Shown: piece after piece, positions 1 through 4,311 of the stretch
Layout: each line of letters opens with the position of its first letter
How positions within the stretch are numbered: position 1 is the first letter of the stretch
Source: a virus
Length of the DNA: 7,514 nucleotides
IMG/VR virus record: IMGVR_UViG_3300007517_000068
Span: 1 to 7,514 of that record
Reading direction: 5' to 3' (one strand)
Program-made: the position numbers and the translations under genes
Notes under the pieces: model-generated
The model's database searches: none
The model's input: only the letters and a program-made list of their open reading frames with translations
Told to the model about the DNA's origin: nothing

Positions 1-395
1 CCGTCAGGGCCGTCTCGATGACTCCCGACGCGACCAGGGCGCACCCCCCTAGGCCGTCAGGGCCGTCTCGATGACTCCCGACGCGACCAGGGCGCACCCC
101 CCTAGGCCGTCAGGGCCGTCACGATGACTCCCGACGTGGCCAGGGCGCACCCCCTTAGGCCGTCAGGGCCGTCTCGATGACTCCCGACGTGGCCAGGTCG
201 CACCCCCTTAGGCCGTCAGGGCCGTCTCGATGACTCCCGACGCGCCCAGGTCGTGCCCCCCTAGGCCGTCAGGGCCGTCTCGATGACTCCCGACGCGATC
301 AGGGCGCACCCCCCTAGGCCGTCAGGGCCGTCTCGATGACTCCCGACGCGACCAGGGCGCACCCCCCTAGGCCGTCACGGCCGGCCGATGACTCC
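1..395. repeat. 53-bp tandem repeat array: 7 full units (starts 1, 54, 107, 160, 213, 266, 319) plus a truncated, diverged 8th unit (372-395)
   Basis: Direct reading gives the consensus ccgtcagggccgtctcgatgactcccgacgcgaccagggcgcacccccctagg. Units 1, 2 and 7 are identical. Substitutions cluster at unit positions 31-43 and 49, and neighbouring units share them (units 3/4 and 4/5). Each unit carries the palindrome CCTAGG, giving TAG on both strands. Confidence 0.97.
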
Positions 396-396
396 A

Positions 397-419
397 CCCG
401 CCGGAGGCGGGTTTTTTTT
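397..419 (+). terminator. Rho-independent terminator closing the late operon and repeat array
   Basis: cccgcc-gga-ggcggg forms a perfect 6-bp GC stem. It is immediately followed by a T8 run (412-419). Confidence 0.75.
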
Positions 420-550
420 GCACCAAAAAGTGTTGTATTACTACAACTGTAGGCGTAATTTACATTTACATCATACAATTACAGTACATCGCTACAACTG
501 TATGATACAATGTAATCACTACAATCCGTAGTGTTTTTAAGGTGTACACC
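420..550 (+). promoter_or_regulatory. AT-rich, TACA-rich control region (candidate promoter and/or origin) upstream of the KfrA-like gene
   Basis: There is a sharp GC drop relative to the flanks. Three copies of CTACAA(C/T)(T/C)(C)GTA(G/T) lie at 441-452, 492-503 and 519-531, the first being the inverted repeat ctaca-ac-tgtag. TACA words recur every 6-7 nt between 461 and 496. A sigma70-like pair TTACAG (479-484), 16 nt, TATGAT (501-506) is present, along with TACAAT boxes at 474, 506 and 520. Confidence 0.45.
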
Positions 551-1180
551 ATGGCTCTCACTGTTCAGCAGATCCACGCAGCCGCAACTTCGATAGATGC
601 GGCAGGCCAAAAGCCGACTCTCGCCGGCATACGTGCAAAACTGGGATCGGGCTCCTATTCCACGATCTCGGCCGCACTGGCGACTTGGCAGCGCCAGGAC
701 GTCCAGTCGTCCGACCTCCCTTCTGAGCTGCCTGATGATGTTCAGCAGGCCTACGACCTCGCCGCGCTGACAATGTGGCAACTGGCCGTTAAGTCGGCGT
801 CAATGGAATTTGTATCTGAGCGCAAAGCCTTCGAAGCTCGCATTGCTGACCTTGAGGAGAATCTGCGCGTTAGTTCGGCAGCGGTCGACCAGCTTGATGT
901 CGACGTCGATTCCCTTCGTTTCAAGGTGGCGTCATTTGAGATGTTGTGTGCCGATCAGCAAGCAATCGTTGCTGACCAGTCTCGAAGCCTTCAGACTGCA
1001 AATAGCATGCTGGAGGTTGCTCAGTCCATGGCCAGTGAACGTTTGAAAACGATTGACTCCCTGCAATCGTTCCTTGCCACCGTCACTGTGGTCCCGCCTG
1101 TTTTTGAGCTGGTCCCGGGGCCAGCCCCCGACGTGCGTGATGCCAAAAAGCCCGCCAGGCCAAAAAAGCCACCCCTCTGA
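551..1180 (+). CDS. KfrA-like DNA-binding protein: N-terminal KfrA_N-type domain plus long coiled-coil and a basic Pro/Lys tail
   Basis: This is the ORF-track ORF 542..1180. I prefer the ATG at 551, which is preceded by AAGGTG (539-544). The N-terminus MALTVQQIHAAATSIDAAGQKPTLAGIRAKLGSGSYSTISAALATWQ fits the remembered KfrA_N pattern G-x2-PT-x4-(I/V)R-x2-LG-x-GS-x2-TI-x6-W. The central part is heptad-like and Ala/Leu/Glu/Gln-rich. The C-terminus is KKPARPKKPPL. Confidence 0.7.
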   Translation: MALTVQQIHAAATSIDAAGQKPTLAGIRAKLGSGSYSTISAALATWQRQDVQSSDLPSELPDDVQQAYDLAALTMWQLAVKSASMEFVSERKAFEARIADLEENLRVSSAAVDQLDVDVDSLRFKVASFEMLCADQQAIVADQSRSLQTANSMLEVAQSMASERLKTIDSLQSFLATVTVVPPVFELVPGPAPDVRDAKKPARPKKPPL

Positions 1181-1190
1181 CACGTCAATC

Positions 1191-1212
1191 AAAGCCCATT
1201 CGTGGGCTTTTC
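1191..1212 (+). terminator. Probable intrinsic terminator after the KfrA-like gene
   Basis: aaagccca-ttcg-tgggcttt forms a perfect 8-bp stem with a tetraloop. It runs into TTTT (1208-1211) and starts 11 nt after the stop codon. Confidence 0.55.
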
Positions 1213-1342
1213 GGCAATCCCCTTCTTGATAGGCAAAACCTGTCGAGCATCAATCCCTTGCCGTGATGCCCGGTATTCCGGGCATGTGCCGAAGGCCCAA
1301 ACCCGCATGCATACAATGCCTCCGACGCACCGAGGACGCTCA

Positions 1343-1363
1343 AGCGCCGCACGCGGCGGTGCT
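1343..1363 (+). other. ACGCR-pentaloop hairpin, copy 1 of 3
   Basis: agcgccgc-acgcg-gcggtgct forms an 8-bp stem with one G.T pair. It has the same architecture and loop as the hairpins at 3997-4017 and 6299-6319. Confidence 0.5.
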
Positions 1364-1424
1364 CCATGGCAATGCCTCATGCTGTAGGTCGTCACCCCGC
1401 TACTCCGTACGACGCGAACCCGTA

Positions 1425-1853
1425 TCACAGGCAAGAAAAAACCCGCTCTAGGCGGGTTGTCTGGGGTGGCTGTTTCTTCACATAACACGGGTCGCGGAAT
1501 ATACATCGTGGAAGACCGGACTCTGGTCTACCTGTAGGGCCTGGGTGCTGCCCACTTGAACCACTCGCCTCGGTGGTCGCTGGCGACCCTTTTCCCAAAG
1601 CCACCGCCAGGCGCGCCCCCTTTGCTGTTCCTGCGTGTTTGTCCAGCAGCGCACGTATCAGCCACGCCTCGGCGTCCAGCCCTGCAATTGAGGCCAGTAA
1701 CGCCGCGTCCTCGGGCTGCGCGTTCTTGCTGCCGTGTCTCCAGTTGCTCACCGTCTGGCGTGGAACACCCAGCGCCTGCGCTACCTTGTAGTCACTGCCT
1801 AGCACTTTTGCCGCTCTGTCAATCAGTGGAACTACTAACGTAACTTTTTCCAT
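1425..1853 (-). CDS. HTH (Cro/CI-type) phage repressor or immunity regulator
   Basis: This 142-aa ORF is the only convincing minus-strand gene. A classic HTH segment SDYKVAQALGVPRQTVSNWRHG lies near the N-terminus. The SD AAGGA sits 6 nt upstream of the ATG (minus strand, 1860-1864). It is divergent from the rep operon across an operator-like region. The C-terminal half is low-complexity. Confidence 0.8.
   Translation of the reverse strand: MEKVTLVVPLIDRAAKVLGSDYKVAQALGVPRQTVSNWRHGSKNAQPEDAALLASIAGLDAEAWLIRALLDKHAGTAKGARLAVALGKGSPATTEASGSSGQHPGPTGRPESGLPRCIFRDPCYVKKQPPQTTRLERVFSCL
1436..1458 (-). terminator. Intrinsic terminator for the repressor transcript, embedded in the last codons of the ORF
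   Basis: The minus strand reads aacccgc-ctaga-gcgggtt followed by T6. The hairpin and T-tract lie 9 nt upstream of the TGA stop (1425-1427). Confidence 0.6.
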
Positions 1854-1949
1854 GACGTATCCTTTAGGGGTTACATTTCAAACCGTCACCAATTTAGGTT
1901 ACCTGCCCTGTTTGGTTACGTAACCCAAATGTATATCTAAGGAGCGAGC
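1854..1949. promoter_or_regulatory. Divergent promoter/operator region between the repressor and the rep operon
   Basis: A perfect 12-bp palindrome GGTTACGTAACC lies at 1914-1925 and extends to tttGGTTACGTAACCcaaa. Additional GGTTAC half-sites lie at 1869-1874 and 1897-1902, and a GTAAC lies at 1840-1844. The region is AT-rich relative to its flanks. A strong SD AAGGAG (1939-1944) serves the downstream ORF. Confidence 0.6.
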
Positions 1950-2132
1950 TTGATTAAAGTACCTTGCACTCTAAAAGTCCATTGTTACGTTTGCACGTGG
2001 CCTACCCGTCGCGGCCCAGCTCGCCGCGTTTTCACCTCGCCCCACGCTCTTGATGGCTACGTGCTCGAGCTGCGCCGCATCGGCTGCCCTCTGACCTGGG
2101 TCACACCGTTTGTCGTTCAGGCTGTTCTGTGA
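1950..2132 (+). CDS. Small Cys-containing hypothetical protein (60 aa, TTG start), first gene of the rep operon
   Basis: AAGGAG lies 5 nt upstream of the TTG at 1950. The stop TGA (2130-2132) overlaps the GTG start of rep (GTGA). The Cys pattern is C-x5-C-x2-C plus one distal Cys. No family was recognised. Confidence 0.5.
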   Translation: MIKVPCTLKVHCYVCTWPTRRGPARRVFTSPHALDGYVLELRRIGCPLTWVTPFVVQAVL

Positions 2133-3193
2133 AAACCACCCCACCAGCAGCAACACACCGCGCAACCGCGCGGCGCGTCGTCCCCAAGGCGAAGCCTTCC
2201 CCCAGTGCTGTAACACTGGGGGAAACCTCTGAGAAAACCACCACCTCCCAGGCCCCTGGTCCTGGTCCTCAAGGGGCCAAAGTTGATTGGTTTACGTGCA
2301 CGTGGAAGCCTGAGCCCGATGAGCACGTGGTCGGCACCATCCTTGGCTTGCTGCGCTCGATCGGGATAGCAGCCCATGCTGACGTCGGCTCTGGTCATTT
2401 CGGCTATGGCTACGGTGCTCGCATCTATACCCTGCTCGATGACGGCGCACACCACCAAGTGGCTCTCGTTGACTGGGGCGGCGACCGCATGCGAGGTCGC
2501 GCACGTCTTGATCTGTCCGGGTCGGGCTGTAGCCGCGTCACCAGCTTCCAGCCGGTTCAGGATTGGCTTGGCCATCAGTGGGAGCCGACTATCACCCGCG
2601 TGGATCTGGCCGTTGATTGCCTTGAGGGTGAATACACCGTCGACCACGCCCGTGACTGGCTTCTTTCTGGCGAGTTCACGGCTGGCGAAGGTCGTCCACC
2701 CCGGCACTCCACACCTGGGGATTGGCTCTCCGAGGTGCCATTTCACGGGCGGACCCTCGAAGTCGGGCGGCGTGAGAACGGGAAGATGCTCCGGGCCTAT
2801 GAAAAGGGCCTACAGCTCTCTCCTGGCAGCGGCGACAAGTGGACCCGATTCGAGGTGGAGCTGCGCCGCAAGGATCGCGACATACCGCTGGACGTGCTGA
2901 CTCGTTGCGACGAGTACTTTGTCGGCGCTTATGTCTGCCTGCAGCGTCTCCTGCCTGTGGCTGGCCAGCGTATCGCCACCCATCAAAAAGAGGGTGAGCT
3001 GTCCCTGCAGCAGCTTCTCCACTGGTGCCGCGAGAGTTATGGAAAAGTCGTCAATGTGGTGCGCGCTCATGCCGACCTAGACGAAGTGCTCGACCTCATT
3101 TCCCGACCCGGAACACCTAAGCGGCTTGAAAAAGCGTTCGGGGTTGGATTTAACGCGAGTTCGCTGCTCGAATCTATGAAGGCTCCCCCATGA
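2129..3193 (+). CDS. Rolling-circle replication initiator, RstA/Rep_trans-like (gene II equivalent)
   Basis: The 354-aa ORF has motifs that I recall from Rep_trans/RstA-type initiators: VDWFTCTW near the N-terminus, ITRVDLAVDC, LRAYEKG (candidate catalytic Tyr) and WTRFEVELRRKD. It sits immediately upstream of the gV-like gene. Its GTG start is coupled to the upstream ORF, and there is no in-frame ATG upstream of the VDWF motif. Confidence 0.85.
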   Translation: MKTTPPAATHRATARRVVPKAKPSPSAVTLGETSEKTTTSQAPGPGPQGAKVDWFTCTWKPEPDEHVVGTILGLLRSIGIAAHADVGSGHFGYGYGARIYTLLDDGAHHQVALVDWGGDRMRGRARLDLSGSGCSRVTSFQPVQDWLGHQWEPTITRVDLAVDCLEGEYTVDHARDWLLSGEFTAGEGRPPRHSTPGDWLSEVPFHGRTLEVGRRENGKMLRAYEKGLQLSPGSGDKWTRFEVELRRKDRDIPLDVLTRCDEYFVGAYVCLQRLLPVAGQRIATHQKEGELSLQQLLHWCRESYGKVVNVVRAHADLDEVLDLISRPGTPKRLEKAFGVGFNASSLLESMKAPP

Positions 3194-3528
3194 AAGCACA
3201 CGTAATTGGCATTGAAATCGCCGAAGGTATTTCCAAAAAGACAAACAAGGCATACGCCATTGGCAAGCTTTACGCCACCCTCCCGCTCGCTGGTGGTGAT
3301 GGTGTCCGCGGCCATATGGGCTCGATGTATATGTGCGAGCCATCCGTCCTCCGCAAGCTCTCGAACGTTCAATTGCCCGTCGAATGCGAATTGGAAATGC
3401 AGGATGTTATGCGCTACGGAGAACGTCGCTCCGAGATTGTGTCCGTCGTGCCCGTTGCTGCGCCCCAAGCAGCCGCGTCTAGGCAAGCTGCATCCTCGGT
3501 CGCTCTCGGCGCTTCTGCTCGGGTGTGA
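3190..3528 (+). CDS. Putative ssDNA-binding protein (gene V equivalent)
   Basis: This is a 112-aa ORF whose ATG overlaps the rep stop (ATGA), with AAGG 7 nt upstream. The assignment rests on conserved position and size only. The tail is Ala-rich. Confidence 0.55.
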   Translation: MKAHVIGIEIAEGISKKTNKAYAIGKLYATLPLAGGDGVRGHMGSMYMCEPSVLRKLSNVQLPVECELEMQDVMRYGERRSEIVSVVPVAAPQAAASRQAASSVALGASARV

Positions 3529-3542
3529 GTGGGCAAGGTGGG

Positions 3543-3580
3543 TAACCGCCGCCCCCATGCGCAGCATGGTGCAGCGGTTA
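3543..3580 (+). other. Nested stem-loop in the gV-downstream intergenic region
   Basis: The outer stem pairs taaccgc (3543-3549) with gcggtta (3574-3580). It encloses an inner hairpin catgc-gca-gcatg (3556-3568). Confidence 0.4.
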
Positions 3581-3611
3581 TCCACCAACTCCGCACAAAC
3601 CAAAAAAAGCC

Positions 3612-3773
3612 ATGAAAAACCTCTACGCCTCCGCCTTCGTGTTGGTGTTCCTGGCAGCGTGTGGCGGCCACGCCTACAAAAACACGCTCGCACACCGTGG
3701 CTCTCTCCTGTACCCCCCTGGCTACCCCCCTGAGGAGCACGTAACAGAAACCGCACGGCGGGGCCTCTGGTGA
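3612..3773 (+). CDS. Small predicted lipoprotein (53 aa)
   Basis: This ORF is not in the ORF track because it is under 60 aa. It translates as MKNLYASAFVLVFLAACGGHAYKNTLAHRGSLLYPPGYPPEEHVTETARRGLW, with a Lys n-region, a hydrophobic core and the lipobox L-A-A-C. Its stop overlaps the next ATG (TGATG). No obvious SD is present. Confidence 0.5.
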   Translation: MKNLYASAFVLVFLAACGGHAYKNTLAHRGSLLYPPGYPPEEHVTETARRGLW

Positions 3774-3871
3774 TGGACTGGGGCAATACAAGCCATGTGC
3801 TTCAAGCCATTTTCTGGGCTATTGCTTTTCTCGCCTTCGCTCACGGCTACACCGCAGGTGATCGCCAATGA
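3773..3871 (+). CDS. Tiny hydrophobic protein (32 aa), pVII-like minor coat candidate
   Basis: It translates as MDWGNTSHVLQAIFWAIAFLAFAHGYTAGDRQ and has one hydrophobic helix. Size and position (between gV and the major coat gene) match Ff pVII/pIX. It is overlap-coupled on both sides. Confidence 0.55.
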   Translation: MDWGNTSHVLQAIFWAIAFLAFAHGYTAGDRQ

Positions 3872-3984
3872 TTGATGTTTCCGACGCTGTAATGATTTTT
3901 TCCGGAATCGCTGGCCTTTGGGCCTCTGGCTATGCTGCTGGCAAAGCAACTGCTTGGATTCGCGCTATTCTTAGCGCTGCATAA
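3868..3984 (+). CDS. Tiny hydrophobic protein (38 aa), pIX-like minor coat candidate
   Basis: It translates as MIDVSDAVMIFSGIAGLWASGYAAGKATAWIRAILSAA. The SD-like AGGTGA (3856-3861) lies 6 nt upstream, and there is an ATGA overlap with the preceding ORF. Confidence 0.6.
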   Translation: MIDVSDAVMIFSGIAGLWASGYAAGKATAWIRAILSAA

Positions 3985-3996
3985 CTAGGACTGTCA

Positions 3997-4017
3997 AACG
4001 CTGCACGCAGCAGCGTT
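3997..4017 (+). other. ACGCR-pentaloop hairpin, copy 2 of 3
   Basis: aacgctgc-acgca-gcagcgtt forms a perfect 8-bp stem. It starts 13 nt after the pIX-like stop, and no T-tract follows. Confidence 0.5.
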
Positions 4018-4077
4018 CATCGAATCCCCTTTTAGGGACAACGACCCGGCGTTTTCCGGGAATTCTGAAAGTCTCCC

Positions 4078-4311
4078 ATGCTGTTCTCTCTCAAACGTCA
4101 AGTTTTGGCCATCTTTGCTTTTGTGCTGGCTGCTCTCTCGCCTGCTGCATTTGCCCAAGCCACCGGCGCCGCCGCAACCTTCGGGACCACCATGACCGGG
4201 ATGACGTCTGACGTTACGACCTATGGTGGCCAGCTGGTTGTCTTGGCCGCTGTCGGTGTGGCCTTCATGGTCGGTATCAAATACATCAAGAAAATTCGCG
4301 GCGCCGCATAA
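4078..4311 (+). CDS. Major coat protein (gene VIII equivalent)
   Basis: The 77-aa precursor has a signal peptide ending AFA|QA. The roughly 51-aa mature part has a small-residue N-terminus, a hydrophobic core LVVLAAVGVAFMVGI and a basic C-terminus KYIKKIRGAA. This is the canonical inovirus coat architecture. Confidence 0.85.
   Translation: MLFSLKRQVLAIFAFVLAALSPAAFAQATGAAATFGTTMTGMTSDVTTYGGQLVVLAAVGVAFMVGIKYIKKIRGAA

Noticed and set aside
1-395. The 53-bp repeat array as a CRISPR array
   Set aside because: The whole 53-bp period is conserved, with only scattered point differences. There are no unique spacers alternating with repeats, no leader and no cas genes. It is a plain tandem minisatellite.
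479-781. Minus-strand ORFs 479..781 and 558..773 opposite the KfrA-like gene
   Set aside because: They are antisense to an ORF with a clear family signature, and their composition is Arg-rich and junk-like.
1381-1430. Possible tRNA 3'-end fragment (minus-strand GGTTCGCG T-loop-like motif) as an attP core
   Set aside because: The T-arm pairing needs a wobble at the conserved G53-C61 position. The loop deviates from TTCRANN, and no acceptor arm or CCA follows.
1185-1506. ORFs in the 1213-1424 gap (1185..1367-, 1189..1506-, 1202..1387+, 1263..1451+)
   Set aside because: None has an SD or a plausible start context. They are mutually overlapping with Arg/Cys/Pro-rich translations, and one overlaps the repressor out of frame. 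The region was treated as non-coding.
2117-3786. Long antisense ORFs 2117..2746 (209 aa) and 3067..3786 (239 aa), plus plus-strand out-of-frame ORFs 2376..2900 and 3206..3733
   Set aside because: They fully overlap the motif-bearing Rep and gV-like genes in GC-rich DNA, where stop codons are rare. The translations are Arg/Gly/Cys-rich with no recognisable motifs or SD sequences.
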